IMG/VR virus record: IMGVR_UViG_3300030376_003912
Span: 1-37,361 of that record
Length of the DNA: 37,361 nt
Reading direction: 5' to 3' (one strand)
From: a virus
Lineage: Duplodnaviria > Caudoviricetes
Below, in pieces: positions 1 to 10,074 of the stretch (position 1 is the stretch's first letter; each line of letters opens with the position of its first letter). A program made the position numbers and the translations under genes. Under the pieces are notes generated by a model. It was not told the DNA's origin. It saw only the letters and a program-made list of their open reading frames with translations, and did no database searches.

Positions 1-282
1 GCAACTGGCTTACTGAATAAAAACCACGCAAAAGCGTTTCGCAACTCGCTTACTGAATAAAAACGACGCAAAAGCCGTATTCAATAAAAACCGCCACGCT
101 GGTGATCCTGCGACGCGCCACGCTGGATATCCTGCGACGCAACTCGGTTACTGAATAAAAACCACGCAACTCGGTTTCTCAACTCGGTTACTGAATAAAA
201 ACCACGCAACCACGATTTCAGAATCGCAACTGGGTTTCTGAATAAAAACCACGCAACCTCCTGGCTGCTGGTCTTTCGCATT
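1..282. repeat. Modular repeat array, left part (continues from right end)
   Basis: Recurrent GCAACT(G/C)G(C/G)TT(A/T)CTGAATAAAAAC(C/G)ACGCAA core plus CGCCACGCTGG modules; the same modules occur at 35870-37361. Confidence 0.95.
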
Positions 283-388
283 GAATCTTTTTGAATCTTT
301 TGAATATTCCGAATCTCTTTGAAGATTTTTGAAGATTTTTGAAGATTTTTGAAGATTCCGAATAGTTTTGAATATTCTGAATATTTTT
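283..388. repeat. AT-rich ~10-bp periodic tandem repeat (GAAGATTTTT-like)
   Basis: Three exact GAAGATTTTT copies at 321-350, with degenerate GAAT-led copies on either side. Confidence 0.85.
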
Positions 389-626
389 ATATCATGCTCG
401 CGGTGTCGTCGCCTACCGGAATAACGGTGGCGATATAGCCTTTAATAACTGCAAGAGCGGCAGAAGCTCCGGCGGCTACTACCATTTTCCAATTTTCAAT
501 ACCGAGACTCATGACGCTGTTGGTGCCTATCGCTCCTATTGCGGCTTGAAAAAATGTTGCGATGGAACGTTCAAAAACATCGCGTAGTTGTTTGAGATTT
601 AAGGTCATAATATGTTTGCCTTTCAT
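387..626 (-). CDS. Putative holin (r1t-like)
   Basis: Short hydrophobic protein with an ERSIATFFQA motif resembling r1t-type holins; lies in the lysis region; TAAACT 6 nt before the ATG suggests a leaderless start. Confidence 0.7.
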   Translation of the reverse strand: MKGKHIMTLNLKQLRDVFERSIATFFQAAIGAIGTNSVMSLGIENWKMVVAAGASAALAVIKGYIATVIPVGDDTASMI

Positions 627-740
627 GTCGTAAGTTTATTCCGGCAAACATTTGAAGCGATGCGAGGCTTAAATGCTTTTTCTTTAACCGGAGTTTCTTT
701 AACCCTACGCCACTCAACTGGAAGAAGGGGAACGGTTGTT

Positions 741-1817
741 TCACCAGCCTTCTGCGGCTCTGTCTACGCAGAAAATAGGAGCTGAAACTGTTACCCCATG
801 CTCCGGTGTTACTAGCATAAAAGATTGAGCGGTGTCTTGTTCGTGGAACTCAAAACCAGAAGTGGCTGCGTATTCGTCCCAACCTTTAGGTGAACCATTA
901 ACAACTAGACCGGCGGAAGGAGCGAGGACTAGCTGGTGCCAATGACCGATACACATGATGTCGTGCGCCGTTTGTGGATTTGCTTTTAATCTGAACTGCA
1001 TGCGTTTGATTGGTGGCCAGATACCGCCGACTCCTCCTCCGCCGCGAACTTTGTCGCCGTGAGTTAATAAGAATTTGGTGTCGTGAACCTTTACTACTGT
1101 GTCTGCCGCTTCTGGTATTTGCCACGTGATTCGTTTGTCGTCTTTTAGCATTGTTGAAACTGACTGATAGATTAGCCAATCAAAGTTGTCTCGTACTCGT
1201 CTTTTTGATCTGCTTTTTCTTGTTCGTCTGCCGTGATTTCCGACAACGCCTGCGATGTGAACTTTGCCGAAATGCTCGGTTAGAGTTGTTATAGCTGATG
1301 CGAGTTGTCCGGTCCAATGCACAACTGTTTCCAGCATCGTTCCTTCGTTTGATTCTGTTAGTTCTTCATGGATATCTCCTGAAACCATATCTCCACCAAG
1401 AAACAACGTGAGGCCTGTTACTTCAACTGGTCCGGTTACATAATCTCTAGCGAGAGCGATTGTTCTATCTACGAAACGGTATAAGCGTTTCTCTGCAATG
1501 TCTCTGTCATATTTATTTACCCACTCCACTTCTTCGGGTTTTACTACTTCGTCCCAATGTGTGTCGCTCAACATTGCGACAGCTATTGCTGACGACTTCT
1601 TCGGCTTTTTCAATGAGAGCCATTTAGGAGCCGTTTGAGAAGTTGTTGCTTCATAAACGGAAAGTCGTACTTCTGCTGCTTCCAATTCAGCGGAGAGGTT
1701 CTTTATGTCGCTCTTAGCGGCAGCCAGATTAACTTTGTTCTTGACTGCGTTGCGTTCTAAACGTGCGACCTGGCTGAGGAGTTCTTCTCCCTCTACAAAA
1801 TCTTCAAGATCAGCCAC
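741..1817 (-). CDS. Calcineurin-like metallophosphoesterase with N-terminal coiled coil
   Basis: Motifs SDTH, GGD, GNHG, THGD, GHWH. Confidence 0.85.
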   Translation of the reverse strand: MADLEDFVEGEELLSQVARLERNAVKNKVNLAAAKSDIKNLSAELEAAEVRLSVYEATTSQTAPKWLSLKKPKKSSAIAVAMLSDTHWDEVVKPEEVEWVNKYDRDIAEKRLYRFVDRTIALARDYVTGPVEVTGLTLFLGGDMVSGDIHEELTESNEGTMLETVVHWTGQLASAITTLTEHFGKVHIAGVVGNHGRRTRKSRSKRRVRDNFDWLIYQSVSTMLKDDKRITWQIPEAADTVVKVHDTKFLLTHGDKVRGGGGVGGIWPPIKRMQFRLKANPQTAHDIMCIGHWHQLVLAPSAGLVVNGSPKGWDEYAATSGFEFHEQDTAQSFMLVTPEHGVTVSAPIFCVDRAAEGW

Positions 1818-2025
1818 GATTTCTTCTCCGTTGTTCTATGAGAGGGTCAATTCTTCTAGGCGTGGCATCTGTGTATCCGATGTTGATTAACCATCTGGTA
1901 ATTTGTGCGGCACCGATAGACGAATTCAATATTTGGTCTTGGACTTCTTGCGGCAAATTATCTACCCAACGTTGTCGCCGGTTATCTTCGTTCTCAACAA
2001 ATTCGTCAAGGTTCATAGAAGGCAC
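1810..2025 (-). CDS. Hypothetical small protein
   Basis: ORF overlaps both neighbours on the same strand. Confidence 0.6.
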   Translation of the reverse strand: MPSMNLDEFVENEDNRRQRWVDNLPQEVQDQILNSSIGAAQITRWLINIGYTDATPRRIDPLIEQRRRNRG

Positions 2026-2795
2026 GCTTCTTTCTTAATGTCGTCTAAACAATTATACAAGTGATCGCCTGGACATACTGTTTTTCCTCCTGCGATGTGA
2101 CGATGAGGAATAATTTCAACTTCTGGAATCACCCATTCCTCGTCAATCATTTTCTTAATCAACCAACCGCAAGCTTCAATAGCTACGCCACTCGGTTTCT
2201 CATTTACATGAGGGTGAAAGTATCCTTGAAAAACTATTCCGTATGATCTGCGAACTCCTAAACCTTTTCCGGCTGGTCTTATACCGAATCCTCTGCCTTC
2301 AATAATTCGGCCCGATGGAGTAATAATAAAATTGTATGCGAGATCGTTCCAACCATTTATATCCATGTGCCGATCTTGGTGCCGCCTAGCGTCAGCGAAC
2401 TCTCCGGCGATAGACGGTCTAGGGCTGGCTGTGTGATGTATATAAATAATCGGAACATGTTTCAAAAGAGGTGCCGTCTGTTTCGGTTGCCTGGCACCCC
2501 ATTCATGTTTCGGAATGATTCTAAACTCTTTCGGCTTTCTGGATTCAAGACTTCCAAAATTACGTTCCATAGATAACGCGCATTTGAGAGCTTCCCATGT
2601 TTGTTGAGATACGACCCCATCCATTTTGAGTCCGGCGTTTGTTTGGAAGTTGATAACGGCGCGCTCAACTTTTTTGCCAAATACGCCATCCACTATTCCT
2701 GGCTTGTGTCCGATTTCTATTAGCCATTGTTGAAGGGTCGGGACATCGGCGTGTCTCCGTCGTCGCTTGCGAGAAATCGTAGTGTACGAGATCAT
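2013..2795 (-). CDS. Endolysin: PG-binding domain + N-acetylmuramoyl-L-alanine amidase (Amidase_2/PGRP-like)
   Basis: VDGVFGKK...FQ...GL..DGVV PG-binding motif; IHHTA, GWNDLAYNF, EGRG, PHR, TVCPG amidase motifs. Confidence 0.9.
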   Translation of the reverse strand: MISYTTISRKRRRRHADVPTLQQWLIEIGHKPGIVDGVFGKKVERAVINFQTNAGLKMDGVVSQQTWEALKCALSMERNFGSLESRKPKEFRIIPKHEWGARQPKQTAPLLKHVPIIYIHHTASPRPSIAGEFADARRHQDRHMDINGWNDLAYNFIITPSGRIIEGRGFGIRPAGKGLGVRRSYGIVFQGYFHPHVNEKPSGVAIEACGWLIKKMIDEEWVIPEVEIIPHRHIAGGKTVCPGDHLYNCLDDIKKEACLL

Positions 2796-2841
2796 GAAAA
2801 TAGTTTAGTTGATATTTAATAAGATAATGTGTATTAAAAGG

Positions 2842-2870
2842 TTGCAACCTTCCCCGACCTATGGCATACT
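2842..2870 (+). promoter_or_regulatory. Phage promoter, family copy 1
   Basis: TTGCAA-N17-CATACT with extended TG; spacer conserved with the other copies. Confidence 0.8.
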
Positions 2871-2876
2871 AGAGAC

Positions 2877-3146
2877 ATGAAGCAAACAGAGATTCAAAAG
2901 GAGAATCAAATGAACACAGTAAGATCAGCAGCAGAAAAGTCTGGTAAGACTTTCAGTAAAATGGAAACAGTAAGAGATACAAACAAGCCACAATTCAAAG
3001 TGATAATTGATTTGGACGGAGAAATAACTGAACACATCTTTGATGATAAAAACCCAGCAAAGATGATGGCTCACAACTACAATTATATTCCAAATTGTGT
3101 TGCCAAAGTTATATCACTTGCACGCTATCGCAAAGGCAGCAACTAA
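2877..3146 (+). CDS. Hypothetical protein (second, SD-led in-frame start at 2910)
   Basis: Downstream of promoter; AAAGGAG before ATG 2910; followed by a terminator. Confidence 0.75.
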   Translation: MKQTEIQKENQMNTVRSAAEKSGKTFSKMETVRDTNKPQFKVIIDLDGEITEHIFDDKNPAKMMAHNYNYIPNCVAKVISLARYRKGSN

Positions 3147-3168
3147 TCTTCCCTACGGAGACAGATTG

Positions 3169-3192
3169 GACCGGCCTTCGGGCCGGTCTTTT
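3169..3192 (+). terminator. Intrinsic terminator
   Basis: GACCGGCC-TTCG-GGCCGGTC-TTTT. Confidence 0.85.
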
Positions 3193-3393
3193 CTATTTCA
3201 TGTGTTGGTAGTATTCCGCGACGTTGCCGGTTGTGTTATCTACGAACTCTTGATAATCGCCGATGTCCTGAATAATGATTTGAGTGATTGGTTGCGGCAT
3301 AGCTTCGCCGCCTCCTCTTAAGGCTACGATCATTCCGCCTGCTGCTGTGATTAGTGCTGTGATGCCTGCGAGTAATTTAGTTAGGTTGCTCAT
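3193..3393 (-). CDS. Small membrane protein
   Basis: N-terminal hydrophobic helix; in line with the tail operon. Confidence 0.6.
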   Translation of the reverse strand: MSNLTKLLAGITALITAAGGMIVALRGGGEAMPQPITQIIIQDIGDYQEFVDNTTGNVAEYYQHMK

Positions 3394-3583
3394 CTTCCTC
3401 TTGTTTCCCTGTTGAGTTGGGAGGGCAGTTACAAGATTCGCATTCGCAGTTCATGTTCTGTATTTGAGTTGCCTGGTTCTTTATTATCGCCCGAAGCGTG
3501 GCGAGTTCTAGATGTTGCCTGCCCTCTGGTGTTGTTTGTAATTCGTTGAATACTTCTTCTATTGTTGCTGTTGGTTCGTTCAT
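3377..3583 (-). CDS. Hypothetical protein
   Basis: ATGA overlap with the tail fibre gene. Confidence 0.6.
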   Translation of the reverse strand: MNEPTATIEEVFNELQTTPEGRQHLELATLRAIIKNQATQIQNMNCECESCNCPPNSTGKQEEDEQPN

Positions 3584-4854
3584 GGTTTCATGTCTGCTTT
3601 CTCATCTTCGCCTTCGTATTCTGTAATGAGTTTTCCATTACTGTCTGCGATAGAACTTTGTGACTTCATGTGGTCGTCATGGCGTTCTCCAATAACGAGC
3701 CAACTGCATACTGCTTTGTCTGGTCCGGTAATCGTTAGCGTCTTTCCTGACAGTGACCATTCAACAGCATTTCCTGAACTTGCAACCATCGCCCAACCGT
3801 TCGTGTTTAATGCTTCCCAAGTTCCGGCTGTCATATTTGAAACAGCATCTAAATCTACGGTTACTGAACTGCCGCTAATCGTTGCCGTTCCTCTGTAGAT
3901 ATTGTCTGCCTGCGGACCCTCAATGAATGAATGTCGCAGTCGCCAGTCTCCTTCTTTGATTGGGTGTGGAATATCAAACGACCCTGATCCTTTAGACAAG
4001 GCTCCACCAATTATGCAGTCACCATTTGACTGAACTGTGAACAGTTTGTAAGTTCCACCGTGTGCGGCATCAGTGGCAAGGCTTGACGTGCTTGACTTTC
4101 TACAAATTCGCCATGAGTCTGAGTAGGCGTAAGGGTTGCCCCAATACCATGTCGTATCGTTGGCTTGATTGAATCCATAATTTCCAGTGCCTCTGTCGGT
4201 TCCAGAAGTTCCATTCTCTCCTGCTTGCAACATGATTGCTGCATGTGTGTATCCCGAAGCAGCACCAGCCATCCAAATATCAGCACTTGAATCTGAATCC
4301 TTAATTGTTAAGTCACCATCGTTGATAGTTATGTCTCCCTCAACTCCAATAACTAAAGCGTCATTTGTTATGCCATCACCATAAGCATTTGAAGTACCAA
4401 AGTGAAGTTCAGAACCTCCACCGGTGTATTTCATACCGATGCGTGCGGCTGGGTCCGTACTATTCCCATCAAAATCAAGACAAGTAAAATCATCAACAGC
4501 CCCATCGCTGTTATACAGCGTCACAATTCCTCTAGTGTCATCTGTGAAATCAGTAATGTCTTGGTCAGAACTAATACGCACCGCACCAGCAAGAGTCGTT
4601 GTCCCAACTACAGATAAAGTTGTGTCAGCGTGGTTTGCATCTTCAGGAGTTGTTGAATCTGGATCAGAAATATAAACCCTGTCATTCACTAAATCTATCC
4701 CGATAGGCAGCGCTGAATTATCTGTCGTGCCTGAACCTGTCGTCTGATCTATGAACGCACGAAAGTTCCCAGCAAGATCGTTCCAATCTGTAGCTGTGAC
4801 GATGTAACCGCCTGCCCTGTTGTTTACCTGGTACTGCCAATTTATTTGTGTCAT
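3580..4854 (-). CDS. Tail fibre / receptor-binding protein
   Basis: G/S/T/D-rich beta-type sequence; C-terminal KGSGSFDIPHP...LRHSFIEGP segment typical of phage fibres; position after tail genes. Confidence 0.7.
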   Translation of the reverse strand: MTQINWQYQVNNRAGGYIVTATDWNDLAGNFRAFIDQTTGSGTTDNSALPIGIDLVNDRVYISDPDSTTPEDANHADTTLSVVGTTTLAGAVRISSDQDITDFTDDTRGIVTLYNSDGAVDDFTCLDFDGNSTDPAARIGMKYTGGGSELHFGTSNAYGDGITNDALVIGVEGDITINDGDLTIKDSDSSADIWMAGAASGYTHAAIMLQAGENGTSGTDRGTGNYGFNQANDTTWYWGNPYAYSDSWRICRKSSTSSLATDAAHGGTYKLFTVQSNGDCIIGGALSKGSGSFDIPHPIKEGDWRLRHSFIEGPQADNIYRGTATISGSSVTVDLDAVSNMTAGTWEALNTNGWAMVASSGNAVEWSLSGKTLTITGPDKAVCSWLVIGERHDDHMKSQSSIADSNGKLITEYEGEDEKADMKP

Positions 4855-4863
4855 GTTTATTCC

Positions 4864-6138
4864 TTAGAAGAAAAGTCTAGTCGTATTTCCGAGTTCAGAG
4901 AAGGCGGCATAAGTTCCAGAACCATCGTCTAAGGTCCAATAGCCTGCCGTGTCTGCTGGCGACATTTCCATTTGTGTAACCCATTTTGATCCGGTGCCTT
5001 TATGAATAATTCTTTCACAGATGACCGTGTTGCTAATTGCGTTTCCTGCCGCCGGTGTTCGTTCTACTGTGTAAGCGTTGCCGAGTTCAGCCTGTAAAGC
5101 TACTGCCCATAATGCGTCTTGGTCTTGTGGTTGGAGGGTGATAGATTTCACCCTGTTTGCTGGTTCCGCTAAACGACCTATGTTGTATTGCGCCCAAGAA
5201 TTTGCTTCTGAAGTTCCAGTAAGCATCAAGCCGGTTTCACTCTTTGACCTGATGCCGTATTTGGTTTGACTGTCGGTGTCGTTCTGGGTAGTTCCAGAAG
5301 CACCTGAAGCGATTTCTGTGCTAATACGATTCGTGATATCTAAATCTTCCATCTCAAAATCAAGTTGATGGTATTTGACTCTGCCTCCTGATGTGCTGCT
5401 GTCGGAGAACGTTCCGGCAATAGAAGCAAAGGCGGCGATTCTGTTTGTCCTGTTTTTGAAAGTCATAACACCGGAACGAGAAACAAAAAACGAACCGATT
5501 TCAGCGTTCTCAATATCTTGGCATTGAAGTAAAACGTCAAGAGTCGTCGCATAAGTTTTTGCTGGCACATTTTCGTTGTCTGCCGTGTCGTCAATGTCTC
5601 TATATCCTGCAACAGAAGTGGCTCCGGCTGAACCTCCGTTTGGCCATTCTGCTTGATCTAACAAGTTTGCTATTCGGTCACCTGAACCTTCTTGCGATTC
5701 ACTGGAACCATCACAAGCGGCAAGGGATAATGATTTGAAAGCATCAACGCATTCAATTCGTGCCGCCTGGTCTTTGTCGCTAGGATATTCTTGCACCCAT
5801 CGTTCCACGAACCCTCTGAAAATAACGTGCGTGGTGGAAGTGCTAGGGTCTGTAGCTTTCACCCTGATGTGCCTCATCGGTATAACGTTTGTTGCTCCAC
5901 TCACATAATATGGAGAACCGGAACTTGTGTTTGTCGGGTCTAGTTTTCCGTTTGTGTTTGAGCAAACGATTACAGCTCGCCCTGCTTGGTTGGTTGCTAA
6001 CTCCATTTTTCTTCCGCGAACAATTTGGAAGGATCGGACAGGGTTATCGGTTGAGATTGTCGTGAAATCCACATCGGCGGCTGTCTCTGTTATGCCTTTA
6101 GTGAAAGCCACTTCCACCGTTAAAGTTGCGAGTGCCAT
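4864..6138 (-). CDS. Minor tail (tail tip/hub) protein
   Basis: Directly downstream of tape measure; RGR...AG...N..G..DP and IFRGFVE motifs. Confidence 0.7.
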   Translation of the reverse strand: MALATLTVEVAFTKGITETAADVDFTTISTDNPVRSFQIVRGRKMELATNQAGRAVIVCSNTNGKLDPTNTSSGSPYYVSGATNVIPMRHIRVKATDPSTSTTHVIFRGFVERWVQEYPSDKDQAARIECVDAFKSLSLAACDGSSESQEGSGDRIANLLDQAEWPNGGSAGATSVAGYRDIDDTADNENVPAKTYATTLDVLLQCQDIENAEIGSFFVSRSGVMTFKNRTNRIAAFASIAGTFSDSSTSGGRVKYHQLDFEMEDLDITNRISTEIASGASGTTQNDTDSQTKYGIRSKSETGLMLTGTSEANSWAQYNIGRLAEPANRVKSITLQPQDQDALWAVALQAELGNAYTVERTPAAGNAISNTVICERIIHKGTGSKWVTQMEMSPADTAGYWTLDDGSGTYAAFSELGNTTRLFF

Positions 6139-6139
6139 A

Positions 6140-9064
6140 TTATGCGAACTCTAGTGAAGCGTTACGGTTCTTCGTTCTAATAAGTTGAGCCTGAATTGCA
6201 TCTGATAAGTCCATTTCTGAAAGAACTGAACCTTGAACAGTAACATTGAGAACAGTTGTGTCACCGCCCATTGAACCGAGAGGAGAAGCGCCTGCCGCTT
6301 GATTCAGAGGCACTACAGCTTCTGGTCCTGCCTCACCAATCAGACTCAATGTTGGTTGAGAAACTATCGCACCCGAAGCTCCGACAAACATTCCGTCAGC
6401 GGCAAGCATTCCGGTTGCCGCTAAGTGGTTAATCATCATGGAACCCTGTTCGGCAGTTAAGCCTGAACCGTCTAAGCCAAATTGCTCAAAGAGTTGATTG
6501 ACTTTAATGTCAATAGAGAAACCAGATATGGAACCAAGAATATCTAGTTGAGCAGATAATTCTTCTAATTCTTTTGTTGTGGCTCCGGCATCTAAGGCGG
6601 CTAACAATATCTGATCTCGCCACTTTTCAAACTCTGCGATGGACTCTGACATCGGCGTGTTTGTTTCTCTCAAAGTTGCTGCCACGTTTGCGAGTTCATC
6701 TAGCATGTCTCGGTTCGCGGCTCTTGCGTTTATTGCTTCCTCACTGTAACCTTGCAACCCAGTTTCCGATGCTATGAGAGCATTAGCAAAATCTACGATT
6801 GAAGTATGGAGGCTATCTTGTGCTTCTTCCAGAGAAAAGATTGGATCAAAAGCATTTCTAATTGAGTCTATGAATGCCTCAAAGCGTTCCTGTTCTTCTT
6901 CAAGAGCGTCTGCGGCTTCTTCTGCGGCTTGTTCTAGTTCTGCTTGTGAAGCCGCTGCTTCCTCTACTGCCTTGACACTATCTTCAATAGTTTGAATTCT
7001 GTGTAACTCTTGCTGGTTTACAACATTCATTGCGGCTTTCTGTGCTTCCAGTCTCTCTTTTTCTTCTGCTATTTCTGCATTTCTAATTTCCATTAAACCA
7101 TTAAGTTTGTCAGCGACAGCCGCATAAGTTTCAGCCTCGCCTGCCGATTCAATAAGTTTGGTTGCTTCTTCACCGAGAGCCTCCACCCAGATTGCTTGTG
7201 CTGTGGCATTTTCTATTGCGGCTTTAGCGTCTGCTTCCAGTGCTTCTCCGTGATCGTCCCAACCGTCAGCTGTTTCGTCAAGAGCGTCAAGCATTTTGGC
7301 TAGTTCATCTCTTGTTATTTTCTCGGCTTCAAATTGGTCAGCCAATGCATTTGTAACACTTCCGGTGGCACCTTCTCGTCTGCGTAATGATGCAATCAGT
7401 GTCGCATCGCTGAAAGAAGCGTACCTCTTTGCCATTTCTTCTAATTCTTGAAACTCATCGGTTCCACTTCGTAAAGCCTCATCAAGTTTCTCTGTGTCCA
7501 TCGCTAAATCTTGAAACGCTGTAGCGACTTTCTTATCTAATAATTCAGCAAGTAAAACATTAGAACCGATGAAGTCACCGACGGTTGCTTCTACCGCTTC
7601 TGATGCAGGGACCATCTCCCTGTATTCATCATTCAATTCTTGAAGTCTTGAAATTAAGGTTGAAGCCGGATCACCTGCGGCGACCATTGCGGCAGTGATT
7701 TCTTCTTGTCGTTCTTTTGCATCTGCGGCGGCTTCGCTGTTACTTTTCCACCAGAAGAATAATGGAAGGGCAACGAGAGCGACAACGGCGGCGACGGTTC
7801 CAACTACTGCCGCTGAAAGTCCTGCAAATAATGGCATGAGCGCCGATATTCCTGTTGCAATTTTTCCTACAATTATCAACAACGGTCCTATTGCGGCAAG
7901 AAGTCCACCAATAACCATAACAGTCTTTTGCATGAACGGACTAAGATTTGAAAACTTGTCTGCCATGTTTTTAATCCACTCAGCCAATTTTTGAATAGCT
8001 GGAACAAGAACCGGAATAAGTTTTTCACCGATTTCAATAAACGCCAATTTAATATCTGACATGGCGGCGTTGAGTTTGAACTCTGCTGTTTCAGAAGCAA
8101 TACCGAAAGCCGTGTCTAGGGTTCCGGTTACGTCTGCCATATTGCCAAAGATGTCTGCCGTCGTTTCAGCGTTAGCGCCCATTAGATCCATGACACCTAC
8201 GAGCGCTCTAACGTTGCCGAATACTTGCGCGGCGGCATCTGCGTTGCCGTCAAATTCTGTAGATAAAGTTTGCAGGGTAGATAGTAAGCCTTCTTCCCTC
8301 ATTTGAGTTCTTAATTGTTCAGAAGAAAGACCCATACCAGCCAAAGCATCTTCGGCTTGTTTGGTTGGCTTCAATAGTGAAACCATTATTGAGCGAAGTT
8401 GTGTTGCCGCTTCGTTTGCGTTTGTTCCGGTTCTTGACATTGAAGCAAAAGCGGCACCTACTTCATTGAAACTTACGCCCATTGAAGAAGCAACCGGCAG
8501 AACACGACCCATTGATCCGGCGAGTTCGTCTGCTTCTAATTTACCTTCGCGGACTGCGGCAACCATTACGTCGGTTGCTTGGGTTGCTGAAATGACATCG
8601 CTTCCGTATGCGTTAAGAGCTGATGTTGCTAGGTCAGCAATTGTGGCGGTGTCTCCTAGTCCTACGGCGGCGGCTTTCGCGGAAGCTGCAAGAACTTCGG
8701 TTGCTTCTGCACCTCGTAAACCGGCAGAAGTAACGAAGAACATAGCGTCGGCGAGTTCTTTTGGCGCTCTGGCGGTTTCTCCTGATAACCCTTTTACGTC
8801 TTTCGTGAAACCTTCAACGGCTTCGGCAGATAATCCAACTAGTGATTGAATCTTTGTCATTGAAGATTCAAAACCGACAGCTGATTTAAGAGCGGCACCT
8901 GCCGCCAATGCCATTGGAAGGGTCACGCCCTTCGTCATGGTCTTACCGGCTTTGGTTGCCTTCTGACCGAAAGCGCCTAAAGACTTTTCAGCCTTAGCCA
9001 GGCCTGCTTTCATTTGGGTAGCGTCGGCAGTAATAATCGCTTTGACGATTGTCGTTAATGCCAT
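6140..9064 (-). CDS. Tape measure protein (TP901-like)
   Basis: 974 aa, Ala-rich helical; C-terminal IGEAGPEAVVPL motif; follows the chaperone genes. Confidence 0.92.
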   Translation of the reverse strand: MALTTIVKAIITADATQMKAGLAKAEKSLGAFGQKATKAGKTMTKGVTLPMALAAGAALKSAVGFESSMTKIQSLVGLSAEAVEGFTKDVKGLSGETARAPKELADAMFFVTSAGLRGAEATEVLAASAKAAAVGLGDTATIADLATSALNAYGSDVISATQATDVMVAAVREGKLEADELAGSMGRVLPVASSMGVSFNEVGAAFASMSRTGTNANEAATQLRSIMVSLLKPTKQAEDALAGMGLSSEQLRTQMREEGLLSTLQTLSTEFDGNADAAAQVFGNVRALVGVMDLMGANAETTADIFGNMADVTGTLDTAFGIASETAEFKLNAAMSDIKLAFIEIGEKLIPVLVPAIQKLAEWIKNMADKFSNLSPFMQKTVMVIGGLLAAIGPLLIIVGKIATGISALMPLFAGLSAAVVGTVAAVVALVALPLFFWWKSNSEAAADAKERQEEITAAMVAAGDPASTLISRLQELNDEYREMVPASEAVEATVGDFIGSNVLLAELLDKKVATAFQDLAMDTEKLDEALRSGTDEFQELEEMAKRYASFSDATLIASLRRREGATGSVTNALADQFEAEKITRDELAKMLDALDETADGWDDHGEALEADAKAAIENATAQAIWVEALGEEATKLIESAGEAETYAAVADKLNGLMEIRNAEIAEEKERLEAQKAAMNVVNQQELHRIQTIEDSVKAVEEAAASQAELEQAAEEAADALEEEQERFEAFIDSIRNAFDPIFSLEEAQDSLHTSIVDFANALIASETGLQGYSEEAINARAANRDMLDELANVAATLRETNTPMSESIAEFEKWRDQILLAALDAGATTKELEELSAQLDILGSISGFSIDIKVNQLFEQFGLDGSGLTAEQGSMMINHLAATGMLAADGMFVGASGAIVSQPTLSLIGEAGPEAVVPLNQAAGASPLGSMGGDTTVLNVTVQGSVLSEMDLSDAIQAQLIRTKNRNASLEFA

Positions 9065-9070
9065 TTTTTG

Positions 9071-9289
9071 CTACCTCCTACGGCTTTTGCTTTTCGCTTT
9101 CTCTACTTGTCTTTGGTGTTCGTCGGCTTCAATCTGATAAAGAGCCGCCCATTCTGTGATCTCGGCTGAACTGATACGGTCTAGGAGTTCCGCAACGGTC
9201 ATGCCTAAATCTCTAGCTAGGCGGAAGTAGAATCTTCTTTCAGGTTCTACTCGTCCTCTACTGTCTGCGAATCCGAGAAGTCTTTTCCC
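9071..9289 (-). CDS. Tail assembly chaperone C-terminal extension via -1 frameshift
   Basis: Slippery G GGA AAA at 9289-9283; the -1 frame stays open to 9071 and reads ERRFYFRLARDLGMTVAELLDRISSAEITEW. Confidence 0.8.
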   Translation of the reverse strand, partial: GKRLLGFADSRGRVEPERRFYFRLARDLGMTVAELLDRISSAEITEWAALYQIEADEHQRQVEKAKSKSRRR

Positions 9290-9633
9290 GCTTCATCAAC
9301 TGCGCCTTCAACTATTCCGGCCACCTGCAGGCAGACGTTTGAAAGGCGATCTAAAACGTTTGAGGATTTCTCATTCAATAACCACTCTGCATCATCTTCT
9401 GCGAATACGGCTTCTCCTGTTTCAGGGTCGTATACGCAAGACACCAACATGCCGCCCCAGAGGGCTTCCATCTTGTTGTCGTCGTCGCTGGTTAAAGCTG
9501 TGACAATTTGCGAGCGTTGAGTTCCGGTCATTGATCGGACTTCAACTGTTACCCCCCATTCAGGTACTTCCACTATTTCAGAAATACGATCTTGAGCTTT
9601 TCTAATTTTATCTCTAATGGACACTGTGGTCAC
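9247..9633 (-). CDS. Tail assembly chaperone
   Basis: VEVPEWGVTVEVRSM motif; between tail tube and tape measure. Confidence 0.85.
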   Translation of the reverse strand: MTTVSIRDKIRKAQDRISEIVEVPEWGVTVEVRSMTGTQRSQIVTALTSDDDNKMEALWGGMLVSCVYDPETGEAVFAEDDAEWLLNEKSSNVLDRLSNVCLQVAGIVEGAVDEAGKDFSDSQTVEDE

Positions 9634-9657
9634 TCCTTAGTTGTTGTTGTTATTTGA

Positions 9658-10062
9658 TTAGAACGTTCCGCGAGTTACGTTTCCGGTTACCTGAAGGTCA
9701 GCGGACCAAGTTACAACATCGCCAACAGAAGTTGAAACGCTGTAATTCGTGAGAATGCACTCTCCGGTGTATTTTACGAGACCGCTGGTTCCGCCTGCCG
9801 GTCCGAACTCAAATGTACGGCTTGCTGGCTCGGTGCCTATCATGTAGCCGTCAAGAGTTGCGTCCCATTTACCGGATATAGAAATTGTTGCGTCACGCAA
9901 GCCTACGATGTATGACTTTGAAGTCGCACCGAAAGCGGTTGTCTCTGCCGTGTCTATTGTCTCTGGAAATGATATGTCATCACAATAAGTGCTTATGTTT
10001 TGTATACCAGATGATGCGTCGTCAAGCCTAAAGTAGCCTGACTTACCATGTACAAATGCCAT
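9658..10062 (-). CDS. Tail tube protein
   Basis: ETTAFG...YIVGL.D..ISISG and SADLQVTG motifs; position. Confidence 0.8.
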   Translation of the reverse strand: MAFVHGKSGYFRLDDASSGIQNISTYCDDISFPETIDTAETTAFGATSKSYIVGLRDATISISGKWDATLDGYMIGTEPASRTFEFGPAGGTSGLVKYTGECILTNYSVSTSVGDVVTWSADLQVTGNVTRGTF

Positions 10063-10074
10063 TTTTGATTCCTC

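Noticed and set aside
6574-8849. Plus-strand ORFs opposite the tape measure gene (also 15332-15781)
   Set aside because: Ser/Ala-rich antisense shadows of a coding strand.
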